This document shows, piece by piece, positions 38,501 to 51,500 of a stretch of 64,000 nucleotides of DNA (positions are counted from its first letter, which is position 1; each line of letters begins with the position of its first letter). The notes under the pieces are model-generated. The model made no database searches. It was given only the letters and a program-made list of their open reading frames with translations, and was not told where the DNA came from. Position numbers and translations under genes: made by a program. Source of the DNA: Takakia lepidozioides (lineage: Eukaryota > Plantae > Bryophyta); contig CM060731.1 of assembly GCA_030704615.1 (NCBI GenBank), positions 85,932,001 through 85,996,000 of the forward strand. The letters are read 5' to 3'.

Positions 38501-39050
38501 CTCCCATCTCCTTACGTTCCCGAGTATCAAGTATGCAAGAATCAAGAATGATTTGGGCAATGACTGGACCAGACACAATGATCGGAGACTTAGCAGCAGT
38601 GCCCTGCAACCTCTTCATCTCGTCCACCAGTCCATTATACATTAACTCCGCCCAAGCGACATCCTCTCCCCTCAAAGCTTTCAGGATCTCCTCTGTGAAT
38701 GACCTGCTCAAATACTGTTGGTTCTGTTTCATGGCAAACAGAACGTTCAATATTTGGCCAACTTCCCTAAGCCCTGGGTACTCGGCTTTGGTATAAGCGT
38801 AACCTTGAGTTTTAAAGAAACTCCCTTCTTGGAACAAATTCCCTATCTGCAATCTTGCCGTGTGCTCATCCACATCCACATGACCTGATGGCAAATCAAA
38901 CAATTGCTGCAGGTACTGAGGAGTAGTTTCTATGTCTACTCCCCTCACCTGGGTAACTCCCGTCCGAGGCTCAAAGTTCTGAAGAAATTGAATCATATAC
39001 TGCCGATGATGCAAGGACCAGTCCTTGCATAGCAGCCCCTCCAATCGCAA
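35600..39050 (-). pseudogene. Long degenerate extra ORF between integrase and PPT (globular domain, coiled coil, globular domain, RS-rich tail)
   Basis: Successive minus-strand ORFs 38412-39050, 38007-38300, 37495-37839, 37132-37479, 36904-37125, 36518-36775, 35894-36514 and 35607-36008, separated by single stops or frameshifts. Confidence 0.6.
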
Positions 39051-39109
39051 CTCCCTTAGCAGCTGTACTGCCTGCGGTGCTGCAATTGTTTGCTTCTGCA
39101 GAATCGTGG

Positions 39110-39505
39110 TATTTTAGTATCCCAATCATAACCCATACCCATAACTGTGCGAGTTAAAATGCCACATAATAGCCCATTGGCTCGAGGATGATAAGGAGTA
39201 GTCTTTCGATGCTTAATCACATATCGTTCTGTCAATTGGGCAATTGTAGCATTTATGAAATGGGTACCTCGATCACTGACCAATTCCAATGGACAGCCAA
39301 ACCTCGATATTATATTTTCATACAAAAATTGGGCTACGACTTTTGCAGTATCAGTTCGAGTGGCTTGAGCCTCAGCCCATTTTGTGACATATTCAATAGC
39401 CACCAATATGTACCGTTTGTGTCCATTACGAGAAGCTGGAGCAATGGGGCCTACAAAATCAATACCCCACTTCTCAAAAGGAGCTTGTGCTAAAATATGC
39501 ACCAA
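39110..39505 (-). mobile_element. Ty3/gypsy (Athila/Tat-like) integrase core fragment
   Basis: PFEKWGIDFVGP, YILVAIEYVTKWAEA, ENIISRFGCP..LVSDRGTHF, HRKTTPYHPRANG. Confidence 0.92.
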
Positions 39506-39514
39506 CTTGAACGT

Positions 39515-40800
39515 ATAGGTTTTCCAATTTTTCTTGAGTGTCCAAAAAGGCTTATGATACAGTGTGGAAAGATGGCCTATGGCTCCTGGTCATGGGATCA
39601 AGGGAGAGATGAGTTGTCCATAACTTGTATGCTCACATCAAAAGTTGTGTCACTGTTAATGGACATAAGTCTAACTAAATTGACATGGACCAAGGTGTAG
39701 CTCATGGATGTACCCTCTCCCCTCTGTTGTTCAAACCTGACTTAGAGGCTGAAGTGTCCAAAGCCATGTCTGATGCCAGGAGAGGGGATGATGAAAATGA
39801 AGTTAGGCAAAAGATAGTCTTGATGAACTGTAGAGAGAGAGAGAAGACTCCAGCCAAAGCCGGCGTAACTAAGAGCCACTTCGCCTTACGGCTACTGCCC
39901 CATTTCGGGGGTGGGTCCTATAAAGAGAACAGGTGTCCAGGGGACACTAGGTAACCAGGGGAGGTAGTAAATAGGGTAGCGGTGCCTAGGGTACGTAGGG
40001 TACCCGGGGGTACCCCAGGGTACCCTGGGATGCCGTAGAGGGGTTGGACTCGAGTTGTCGCTTATTGGTGATGATGGCAGTGAGGGAGCGGAGCGCAGTG
40101 AGGTGGATGGCTTTAAAGCATTTGTGGATCGGGGGGATAGGGATTCTAAGATTGTCGTGATATCATTCCACTAGCAGACAGGGGAAACAGGGACTGTGTG
40201 GATCATATCTTCACCCTAGGCCAGATTATAATGCAGGGAAGGAAAAAAGAAGGGACACCCATTTTTGTTTTCTTCTTGGATGTCAAAAAAGCTTATTACA
40301 CAGAGTGGAGAGATGGTCTATGGCTCCTAGTTGTGGGATCAAGGGAAAGATGTGCAGAGTTGTCCATAACTTGCAGTATGCTCACACCAAAAATGAGGTC
40401 GCTGTTAATGGACAGAAGAGTAACTTCTTTGACATAGACCAACGTGTAGCTCAAGGATGTACCCTCGCTGAAATGTAGTATATTTTAAAGGGTGAAAAAT
40501 GCTCCCATTAGTTCTTCTCAGATTGTGGAAGCAATTGAGCATTTAAACGGATATAAAGCTGGTGGACCTGATGGCATAGTCAACAAGCTATTCAAGCACG
40601 GTGGCGATCCCATGATAGAGGCCCTTGTACTTCTCTTTAACCTTATATGGAGGACTGAAATGATCCCCTTCCGCTGATGATAGGGGGTCATTGTCAATCT
40701 ATACAAGAACAGGCAAAACAAAGAAGACCTAGGGAACTACAAAGGCATCACGCTCCTCAATGCTGCAAGCAAGATACGGCAAACAAGGACTTATGAGTAC
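39515..40800 (+). mobile_element. Scrambled LINE family A RT fragments ending in the family 3' end
   Basis: QKAYDTVWKDGLW, DQGVAHGCTLSPLLF, AMSDARRGDDENEVRQ (compare 4345-4400), DHIFTL..FFLDVKKAY, KAGGPDGI..GNYKGITLLN, then acggcaaacaaggacttatgagtac (compare 7867-7891). Confidence 0.8.
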
Positions 40801-40835
40801 GTTATTTTATCAATTAAACACCAAGTGATTGAGAC

Positions 40836-42750
40836 TTACCGCAAATATGGAGCCACAACTTCAGAATTACGAAGCACATAGGTGTGGGTTGCATCCCGTA
40901 CTGCCATGGACAGTTTCTTTCTCCTATCAGTCCCCTCCAACACCTCCCCACTAACTGTATCATCCTCGTTCTGATCCCATACATGACGCCGAGTGTGATG
41001 CAATTCTGCCATGTATTCGGTACAAAACCCCAATGCTTCATCTATGGTGTATCCTCGTGCCATACTCCCTTCAGGTCTTGCCTTGTTGCGAACGTACCCC
41101 TTGAGGTCTTTCAAATACCGCTCCATGGGGTAACACCACCTTGCATTAACTGGCCCACACATCTCAACCTCATCTACTAGATGAACCACAAGATGTGTCA
41201 TAACATTAAACAAGGAGGGGGGGAATTCCTTCTCAATAAGACACAGTGTAATGGCCACATCTCCCGGAGCTGCTGAAAACCCGAAGGGTCCTCACCTTAG
41301 CACAAATTTTCCTGAAAACTTGGCTAAGGCGCATAATTGCCATCCTCACTCCGGGCCCATCAAATTCCTTACACATAGAGGAAGGATCTGTTGCATCATG
41401 ACATGATAATCATGAGATTTCATCGATCCTAATTTCCCTTCCATGACATGTTTCTTGAAGGCGTCTGCATATCCAGTCGGCACTTTCAATCTACGTAATC
41501 CTTGTAGGAAAGATTTCTTTCATCCTTGGAAAGCACATATGATGCAGCAAGCATTACCATTTTTATAGGGTCACGTAGTGTGGGGTGGTTCTGAAGCCAC
41601 AGATTTGGTCAGATCCCCACTGCCTTCCGTACTTCTGGTTTGTCTTTATCTCAAAAATATGTTTCATAACATTCTCACATATATTCTTCTCACAATTCAT
41701 CACGTCCAATAGATGCCGTATAGGTAGGTGTTGCAATTACATATATTGGCCACATTCAAGACCACAGTATTTACAATCACATGTATGACTCTGTCTGTAG
41801 CACCAAGAAAAAACACAATTACATAAATGACATAAATTTTGTCATGATCTTTAGTACCAGGAAGAACCACAAATGCAGTTACAGAAATTCAAACACCAAT
41901 GATCCTCACCTTCCAATATGGCAGGTCCCAAAGGCATGACCTCCTATTTATGCCATGCTCCTTTGAAGGACAATTGTCCTCTTCATGCGTACCACCTTCC
42001 TAGATGTGCCTATTATACTATGATATCCTCTCCAACACCTGTGCCGCAGTCACCATAGGAGGACGTCCTCGTACTTCAACCTCCCTATCAAATGCATTCT
42101 TTTGGGCTGTCCTGTAAGGATGATTGCGTCGAAGATAACGTCGATGCCCGAGATAAATGTTCCGTTTTAAATGATGGGAATAGCGGGAGTCTAGCTCGAG
42201 GGTTCACAGGGGGATAAGCTTTGTACCCCTTCGTAGAACAACCAACAATTAATCCGTATGCTCGATAATCATGGATTGTCCACATGACTATTGCCCTCAT
42301 GTGGAAATCCTGGTTACCCCTTGTCTTGGTTGCATCTAAGGCATGGACCCCTTCCCATAATTGAGACAGCTCCTCAATTAAGGGTTGCATGTAAACATCA
42401 ATGTTTCATTGCCAACACTTTCCTTACTAGGAATTAGAAGAGCTAACATTATGAAAATTTCTTTGTGGTTAGCCAAGGAGGGATATTGTAATTGAATTAA
42501 TATAACAGGTTGAGTGCTTCTCAGAGAACGGGTTTACACCATCTAGTGCCAATCCTAGCTTCACGTTCCGTGGTTCAGCAGAGAATGTTGGCCACTGTCT
42601 GTCTATGGATTTCCATTGTTTACTGTTAGGAGCATGTCGCACTAGACCATCGTCACTTGCATTTTGAGCATGCCAAGTCATCAGTTCAGCTATAGACTTG
42701 CAACTATACATCCTTTGAAGTCTGGGAATGAGAGGGAAATGTCTCATACT
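40836..42750 (-). pseudogene. CACTA TnpD transposase copy 2, degenerate
   Basis: RHFPLIPRL, NVKLGLALDGVNPF, MWTIHDY.AYG, WDLPYWK|GT, EFPPSLFNVMTHL..HL, WCYPMERY.K.LKGYVRNKARPEGSM..GY..DEALGFCTEYM. Many frameshifts. Confidence 0.93.
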
Positions 42751-43099
42751 TTTATAGGAACCTGTGGCCTCCCTTCATCTGAGGGGTACCCTGTCTCTCT
42801 GGCTCCTTTGCAGCCAAATTCTTGATGTTTCTTTCGTGGATCTCTTGATCTGAAAGAAGCGTCAAAGCAGCCGCGTTTTGATTCAGGTTCTTCATCGCTT
42901 GCTCGGTGAAGAGAGTGTGTTTGGGAGGGCAGTCACGGTACCACCCGCAATCCCCAATTGCATCTGTTTCTCTTCCACTGTCTGCACTCAAATTTCCTCT
43001 TCCCCTGTCTGCACTGAAATGTCGTGATCGTTACGACATCCCCTACAATATGAATAACCTTCATGTCTGCAAGTCTTTGTCTGCCTCCTCATTTCTGGG

Positions 43100-43686
43100 A
43101 GAGAGGGAAGATATACATGTCATGTCAAGACATGGACAAGACCGCTAAGGTCATTGTCATTGAAAGACAAAACAGCCCTTTACAGGGCACCATCTAACAT
43201 TCTCTTTCATGTTTACAATCTCATTTGAATACCCAATTACATTTCAGGGTCTCTGAAAAAACAGGGCGGGAGGGTGGGATTCCAGGTCATTCATATCATG
43301 AAAGCACCATAGTACACATCATCATCTCAAGAATCCATTTTAAACTCATTTCAAAAACCAGATTGCAGGTTTGGTTTGAAGATGATGTTTTAGAACCAAG
43401 ATATAAGCAAGATTCTTAAAAAAGAAGAAGAAACAACAGGGTAGAGCCCCCTTAAGCAGGTATAGGCCTAGAATGGTATTTTAAGGCCTCATAAAATAGT
43501 TCTGCCAAGGTGAAAGAGTAGCTCAGAAACCCCTGTTTGTTATCAAGCCATGAAACCAAAATGATATGAGGGCCTTGAAGAATGTGTGTTATCTATCAAA
43601 GCCTATCCTTTTGATCCATCAGAGTCATACCAAGAGTACTCATTTCAGAGCCAAGTATCAAGGCAGTCAAAGTAATAACTGCTATT
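43100..43686. repeat. 587-bp direct repeat, copy 1
   Basis: Matches 44803-45389 with only two substitutions seen by eye. Confidence 0.95.
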
Positions 43687-43745
43687 CAGCAGGCTGATAG
43701 TATTCAGAGCTGCTTTGTTTATGATATGTCCATCCAAAGACTATC

Positions 43746-44606
43746 TCATCGATGAGAATAGCCAAGTCCAAATTCCAAAAAAGCTTCTTTTATCAAGTTC
43801 CTAGGGTTTATCCACTCCATACCACGGTTTGGGTACAACATATGAATGAATCCCAAGGGAGCAGATTTTGCTGCCTGTTTTATGAATTTCCTGCCATGGG
43901 CATGAGTTTCAATTTGTCTACAACCATCCTCAAGACTAAACAACGCATCTGCACATGCAAAGTAGAGGAACATACCAAAAATGAGATTTTTAAGATCTGT
44001 CCATGATCCAAAATCTCGTTTGCGTATTGGGGAGAACTCGTCAGTGATACGACGAGTCTTGTATGACTCCTGGCTGGCGATGTTGATGGTGGTATTGGAA
44101 TTAGCACCCGAACCCCCAAGTGATGACCGATTCGTTGCTCTTGAATTCTCAGAGGTGTTGGTAGAGTATTGCCCCCTGCCAGAGCGTCCTCCTCTTTGGT
44201 AGAGACCTCTTCCACGACCAGGGGTGCCTTTGCCTCGAGTGGCATTGTTCTTGCCTTGTTGAAGAGGCGTCTGCCCCTCCATACGCTGCCGTTTGTAGCT
44301 ATTGAATTGTGGCCTGGGAAGGCTGTCTGAAAAAGACCCAGGTTTCACAAGTTTCTCAATGTATCTGGCCCCCTTGGATTCTCCTAACTTCCCAAGCAAC
44401 TTGGCTTGAGGGTCAATTGAGAATTCACAAGCTGCTTCCATTATGAAGCCCCGGGTCATCTGGAAGGTAATTTGTGCAAGAACAGCAGATCTGGCAGCCC
44501 GCATGATCCATACCAGAAAGCTGTAATACTTGGTTTGCACCGTATCCATCTTTTGCAATGCAGCATGGAAGTCACTTGGTGTGATTTGTGCGAGGGTTGC
44601 CTGCAC
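43746..44606 (-). CDS. Unassigned ORF with an RGG-rich segment between the direct repeats (possibly gag-like)
   Basis: Helical N-terminus, then RGKGTPGRGRGLYQRGGRSGRG. No diagnostic catalytic motif. Confidence 0.3.
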   Translation of the reverse strand: MQATLAQITPSDFHAALQKMDTVQTKYYSFLVWIMRAARSAVLAQITFQMTRGFIMEAACEFSIDPQAKLLGKLGESKGARYIEKLVKPGSFSDSLPRPQFNSYKRQRMEGQTPLQQGKNNATRGKGTPGRGRGLYQRGGRSGRGQYSTNTSENSRATNRSSLGGSGANSNTTINIASQESYKTRRITDEFSPIRKRDFGSWTDLKNLIFGMFLYFACADALFSLEDGCRQIETHAHGRKFIKQAAKSAPLGFIHMLYPNRGMEWINPRNLIKEAFLEFGLGYSHR

Positions 44607-44802
44607 AGCAGGAATTGGAGGAGGTAGTGGGGACTGATACCCCAGGGCTATGAGGTCCTCATTCCAGCTAGGACCTCCTTTGGTGACTTTCTGTCAAAGC
44701 CCCCCGAGAACATTTGTCAATATATCAAAATGAGAAGGTGAAAAGGAGAAAGGTAAGGGTAGATGGTGTGTACAAAAACCACTAAGTACACTGATCAAAT
44801 AA

Positions 44803-45389
44803 AGAGAGGGAAGATATACATGTCATGTCAAGACATGGACAAGACCGCTAAGGTCATTGTCATTGAAAGACAAAACAGCCCTTTACATGGCACCATCTAA
44901 CATTCTCTTTCATGTTTACAATCTCATTTGAATACCCAATTACATTTCAGGGTCTCTGAAAAAACAGGGCGGGAGGGTGGGATTCCAGGTCATTCATATC
45001 ATGAAAGCACCATAGTACACATCATCATCTCAAGAATCCATTTTAAACTCATTTCAAAAACCAGATTGCAGGTTTGGTTTGAAGATGATGTTTTAGAACC
45101 AAGATATAAGCAAGATTCTTAAAAAGGAAGAAGAAACAACAGGGTAGAGCCCCCTTAAGCAGGTATAGGCCTAGAATGGTATTTTAAGGCCTCATAAAAT
45201 AGTTCTGCCAAGGTGAAAGAGTAGCTCAGAAACCCCTGTTTGTTATCAAGCCATGAAACCAAAATGATATGAGGGCCTTGAAGAATGTGTGTTATCTATC
45301 AAAGCCTATCCTTTTGATCCATCAGAGTCATACCAAGAGTACTCATTTCAGAGCCAAGTATCAAGGCAGTCAAAGTAATAACTGCTATT
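44803..45389. repeat. 587-bp direct repeat, copy 2
   Basis: See copy 1; identical 64-aa ORFs at 43225 and 44928. Confidence 0.95.
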
Positions 45390-46659
45390 TTGTATCCTTG
45401 TATCCTTCATAGCTAAACTCCTACACATGCAAATGTGGTTGTAAAAAACCATAAACAGGGGTAAGGAGAGAAGCAGATCCTCATTGGAGCCATCTTGGAG
45501 CAGGTCTGAAGCGGCATGGTGACAATTTGAAACAGCAGATGGCATCAGCAGCTTAGGTAGCAGCAGTATCCACACTTGCAAGAACAGGAACTGCAAGCTT
45601 CAAGAAATCAAGACAAGTGAAGACCCTCACCTGTGCCCGTCCCAAAAACCACCACATAGCGATGTGTGTTAGTGAGGATGCAGTAGGTAAATGGCAGGTC
45701 TTCACAGTTGCTATCCATGTCAGTGTTGAATTCTAAAGCAAGTACAGATCACAATTCAAGCAATGGTAAACTCAAAAAACCTTGAGTGTTTGTAGTATGC
45801 CCTGCGCCATGGCGTCCAACAGATCGTCTCCAACAGAACGCAATCAGAGTAGAAGCGTTCACAGATAGAGAATGGCTCATACACAAAGAGAGAGCAACAT
45901 GTAATCTGTAGATAAATAGAGATAGAGTACTTCCCAACAAGGAGTAAAAGCGCCGCTGCAAAATAAAGAACCATGAGTTCCTGATCAGAGCAATCACGGC
46001 TTTGTCGTCTGCCATAGAAGAATCTGTTTAACCACCAATGCGCATCCCAAGAGCCAGCAATCACGAGTACCATGTAGCAGCAGGGGAGCAGGTTTATACG
46101 GCGCATCATCAAGGTTCACTGAAGCACGAGTTCAGTGCTGTGAAGTGTGTCGGCCTGCTTAGGGCAAAACTTCCCGATTTTTCATCCAGGATGGATGAAA
46201 TATCACATTTTACCAAGAGAGGCATTTTGTCACTGGATGACATCCCATAGAAATGTATCTTTTAGGGTTATGGTATAGGCTTAGGTTTAATAACTGTCAT
46301 CATTTATGATGGTAGTTTTATTATTCTCTTGGATTTTATAATAGGTAACCATTATTTATGTAGATCATCCAGTTTAGATGAAAAAAATAGATGGTAACTC
46401 TAGCTTTCTGTATATTAAGTTTCATCATCCAATAATAAAATAAAATCATCCAGATTTGGATGAAAAAGGCAGGGATGAAAAACTAAATAACCTCAAAAGG
46501 TTAAGGCCAGATGAAATCCAAAGAGTTATAGAGGGAGAGGGAGAGAGGGAGAGAGAGGGGGCAAAGAAAGAGAAACAGAGAGGTGGGGGCCCCTCCTAGA
46601 GTCCCGTCCCCCGTCCCCACCTCCTATCCCTGCCCCTTAACTGAAAGAAAAAGGCAGCC

Positions 46660-47127
46660 CCTCTTTGCGACCCCCATTCGTCGCAAGCTGGAAAAAACCC
46701 GTCGCAAAACCCCCCTTGCGACGCCCTGCCATCGCAGTGGCCTTTTTGCCCTTCATGCACTGTACGACGGCTGGGCGTCGCAAGGAGGGGTTGTTCCGTT
46801 TGCGACGTTCTGGCGTCGCAAGAAATGGCTGCATTATTGCCCTTCATGCCACCTTGCGTCGAAGACTGGCCCCGGTGCTGGGGGGCGACGCTTCGGCGTT
46901 GCAAGGAAGGGCTGCCTTTTGCCCTTCATGCCACCTTGCGACGTCCGGGCGTCATCGCCTGGCCCCGGCGCTAGGTTGCGACGCGCGGGGTTTGTTTGCA
47001 ACGCCCCAGCGTCGCAAAAAAACGCCGTGGGTTTGGCGTCGCAAGCTCAGCGCTGCGCGGGGCGTGGGGGCACGGCTGGCATCGCAAAAAACCCCAACAC
47101 ACCCACCCCCCCCCATTTGCTGTAGTG
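46660..47127 (-). mobile_element. CACTA family C terminus (CACTACAGCAAATGGGG) with TTGCGACG/CGTCGCAA subterminal repeats, inserted into gag
   Basis: ...ccccatttgctgTAGTG at 47127. About 15-20 direct and inverted GCGAC-type motifs. May be the 5' end belonging to TnpD copy 2. Confidence 0.88.
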
Positions 47128-48549
47128 ATGGAGCCAGTTTCGCCACAAAGTTGAAGACCATTTCTGGTTCTGCTATATCCGCGACTTCAAACACCAGCAC
47201 ATTGAAAACCTGCACATAGCCTCGAATGTCATTTGTCTGCTTCAAGTTCCTCATCTTGTCCTTGACAAGCCAAGACGTGGGGTACAAATTGATTCTTCAC
47301 GAGTTCATTGAACCCACGCCAGCTCATGGCCTCCGGCTTGGCCCTTGGTCCCGAAGGCGATTCTGCCACTATTGTTGAGCATAGCCCTTTCAAATAGATG
47401 GGACCCACTTCCACTCGGTCTTCGTCACTCAGCTTGGCCGCTTGGAAATATTGCTCAAACTCCAACAACCAAGTATTGAGCGCCTTCCAATTTCAGACAC
47501 TCTCAAAGGTGCCGGGCTCTTTTGGCTTAACCTTGAACTTTGCCTTTGTGGAAGTGGCATTTGCAGCTTTCACCACATCCTTCAAAGTCCCACCAATCTG
47601 AGCCAACAACTTTTTCCAAAATGCTGGCGACATCTGGGACATTTGCTAGTCCGGGGGCGGCTCAACGAAATCCTCGGGCTCCGATTTTTTAGGTGGTTCT
47701 TGATTTTGGGCAGCATCATCCTCTGAGAGATATTTCTCTCTTCCCCATGCTGCTCCAACGTCACGTCGCCCCCACCGGGCTTACTAGATTAATCAACTTT
47801 CGGGCCATTCCGCTTTTGCTTGGCCTTGCCCGACCCCATGGTGATCCCCTGCCCTCAAGGCAAAGGGCTGCGACAGCCACTGCCCCCACCATAGGGACAG
47901 TCCCTCTTGTATCCTGACCCATTGCCCTTAAGGCAAATGGCCGCGACACAAGACACTTCTCTTTTGGTGTAAGAGCTATTTTTCCAAGCTCTGAAACCCT
48001 AAGTGCACATATAAGCACTCTCCCTTGAAAAACCATGCAAGCCTTGTCATATAAGAGCTCTCCTAGCTCTCATACACATATACAAGTGCAAACTAATACT
48101 TTGCACTCATAGATGTAAGCATCGTCTTCTTCTAGTAGTACACCTATGGCGGCGAGAGAGGTCTCGGGAGGCTCGACTAGAAGAAGATGAGCCTTCCTGA
48201 GCCTCTCGTGGAGATAACCCTCTCCACGTCCCAAGTAAAATTTGTCATCTCACTTGGTCCAATGCCAATTAAATACAAATATAAATATAAATTGTCCTAA
48301 TTAACTAGAAATACATCATTTCTAATTAACCATGATTAAAACCATGACAAAGAGTTGAAATAATTGCTTGCCATAGCTATAGAACACAAGAAGCAACTCA
48401 CTCCAACTCTATTATCCTTGGGAAAGCTCCATGGTACACAAACCGGTGGGTAGCTAGTGACCTCCAAGCTTCCAAGATTCCTAACATTGCAAGGCCCGTT
48501 GGCTTTCTTGCCCTAGAAGTATGGTCGAAAGGTAATATGACCCGCGACA
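47128..48549 (-). mobile_element. Ty3/gypsy 5' remnant: gag, degenerate tRNA-Met PBS and probable 5' LTR (~48004-48549)
   Basis: WLLEFEQYF..LSDEDRV..YLKG, SW..F...KNQF.P, LKQTNDIRGYVQVF. GGTTTCAGAGC near 47989-47999 resembles the PBS TGGTATCAGAGC. The outer LTR edge is uncertain. Confidence 0.7.
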
Positions 48550-51500
48550 ATGGTGATGTCATTCAATGGGCATGGGTGAGCATGTAAAGTGCCGCTAAGC
48601 CCATGAACAGCCCCGATCCAGTCATTTTGATCCAAACTGAGTGGACCTACTTAGGAAATTTCTATAAAATAGAAGTTTTTTTTTTGGCAAAGTTGAGCTA
48701 TGCGGCAACATTATTTTGTATGATTTTGCTTCATATCTCCAGCAGACTTAAACTACAGAGAGTTCACTGTGGTTAAAAATTAACTAGCGACCACAATGTG
48801 GTCGCTTGGGACATTGGTGCAGGTCAAATGGACGCCATACATTGGGTCTTAAAGGGAAGGAGAGCACCTCATTAGTATATTTGAAAGCAATCAACTTGGT
48901 TTTTTCTAATCCGGGTCGAGCTTCCGATTGCCAACCAGTCTGGCCTTGTTGCCTTGTCTGCGACTTTAGGGGGGTGCTACCGCCGGGTCTTGTTAGAAAG
49001 AAAAGGAATATTCCTTTTCAACAAAAACCCCAACTTCAAGTACCAACAGGTGTCGGAATGACTCTCTCGGCCTACCGGCCTCGCCCTAGTGACTCACTAG
49101 GAGGGGCCGCGTTCTCTAGTACATTAAGTGCAATTCTAGACAGAAGGGGGCAAGCCTGACAGGGACAGAAGAAGCAGAGTTGGGTGGGGAGTGTGCAGCA
49201 ATTGTGCGCCGCAGCAGCAGTGACAGTGCAGCGTACCTGCTCGTTCCGTCGCAGTACGTTTCCGTGGCTACTGTTCCGTATGGAGCACTAAATGCTCCGT
49301 AGTACGGTCCTGGCTTTCCGTGGTGTCAGGTAATCCATCAGAGAATATACTATACTGCACGTGGCATATGCGTCTTGAGTGGACGGCAACGAGCGCGAAA
49401 CTGGATATGGCCACGTGTGCCGCTCCACCTGTCCCTCGCTTTACTTTCCGCCAACCGCTTTCCCGTCGTCGTGACAGATATTTTTCTGTTAGGGTTCTGT
49501 ATGTTTTTTTTGGATGTCGGGCAGAAAGGTTTTATTTCGAGCACTCATCATGGACAAACAGACACAGTCAGAACCTTTGACTTATTAGGCCAAAGGCAAC
49601 TTTGATGGTAATTTGTATTACTATCTCGGTCATAAACCTTACACATTTGTATAACCTGTTTTTGTTGGATGAGCACGTGTCCTCCTTGTCACCCAACTAC
49701 GTGTTTACAAGGATGTTGTGATCGTAGATCAAAATGCACTGGGTAAGTTGGCCTATGACTGAACAGGCGTCTATGACCAAACACCCCATTAACGCTTCTG
49801 TCAGTACCTATGACCATGTAGTGCTGGTCCCAAGACTCTCCATTTTTGTCACTTGGCAATCAATCATTTGATATAACCCCCTGAAAAGTGTGAGTGGTCA
49901 TAGATTTCTTGGTGTATACAAGCATTCTGATTGGTTCGAGTTTGAAACCCTACAACTTTGTGTAGGATTCATGAAATCAGTTCCAAGTTTGTGGTTGCCC
50001 CATATGTGGGACACCTTATGAAATTTACCTGAGGTAAAAATGACTAAAATTCACTGTTAGATTTTTCACCATCGTTATTTGAACGGTCATAGGCCAACAT
50101 ACCTAGGACCAAGGTAAGGTCACCCACCCTTCAAGCACAAGTTCCTACTGAAGCATGGCCAATAATCTCTTTCTAGAAGCCCATTGGATAGAACATGTAG
50201 ATGCCATGACGGCATCTTCAATTACAAAAGAAATAGTGAAATTATAGTATTTTTCTACACCTCAATTCTTATGGGGCCTAGCCTGCTTTTACACTATGAC
50301 ATTTGTTGGGAAACAAAATGAAAAAAAATTATGAGTTTAGGGTTTTAAAACAGCAGTCACAAGGCATCAGAGAGGATGCCGCTGAAGAAGCTTCGGGAAG
50401 GAACCTTCGATGGAATGGAGGGCTCGCTGCCGTGCAGCGCACGCTGCGTGGGCCGCGTGATGACCCCCATTTTGGTGTGCGATCGATCTATTTAAATCTT
50501 ATGTAAATTAATGCGTGCTTGGGTTGTTTCCCATTCTGTAGGCTCCAACCCAGTAATATCTTACATTTTCCTTGACTCTCCACTCAACCTACCGGTCCAC
50601 TGACATGTGTGTGCGTGTGAACAATGCACAACTTAAATAGTGCGGCATGGGTTCACGATGTTTCAAATGTAGTTTATGGCGTTGTTGGGATTTACTATGC
50701 AAACCATCACGTGGGCACAATTGTTACTGGATGTTACCAAGATTCGTGGGTCTGGCAAGAATAATATTGCTGTTTTTGTTCCATGTTGAGTGCATTTGAG
50801 CATGAAGATTCTGGTGGTCCACAACGAGAGAGTAGTCGGAAGGTTCTGATGGGTCTGGTCCCCTGCCTTTACGCTGACACCTTCAGAAATTTTGATAGTG
50901 TATTTCTAGGGCGGGGTTCTGATGCGTAAAGCACTTTTAGATTTGTTTCTTTGTTATCTGACCTACCTTGTGACGCGGAACCTACGCCATTCAACGGAAG
51001 GGTCCACAGATTTAATGTTCTTTACCTATACAGGAAGGCCCCGAGTGGAGGGCGTACCGCCCAAGGCCCTAGGGCATAAACTTCAAGGGGCGCCCCACAC
51101 GAGGGTCTTCCTCTGCGTAAAGAAATGGGATGATCTTTTTTTTGATGATCAAAGAAATGGGACTGGCGAAGGAAAAGATCTTTGAGGTAAAAGATAAGGA
51201 ACCGTCGTAGGTGTGCATTTGGTATACAAAGTGTAATGTGCATTATACTTTTTTGTATTGCCCTCATACTCGTGGCTGGCTATTACGCTCTACAACAAAA
51301 CGATATTAACGAAGAGAAATCGCCCAGTTCTTTACGCATGGGAAGACCCTCCACTCATGGCTTTCCCCTACATGTAATGGTGCCAGTGTTTTCTTTTTCA
51401 TTTTTTCAAAATCGCTAGAGGGGCCACATGTAAATTATACCCAGCGCCCATGTGGCAAGAATAACGAGGTAGCAGGGTTAAGAAAGTGGGCTATATAACA

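Noticed and set aside
39845-39920. Twister or HDV-like ribozyme in the LINE-associated non-coding block
   Set aside because: Only a short GCCAAAGCCGG resemblance; the required pairing and pseudoknot strands could not be found by eye.
45620-45740. VVVFGTGTG on the minus strand as a second MTase motif I
   Set aside because: Isolated short match with no supporting motifs.
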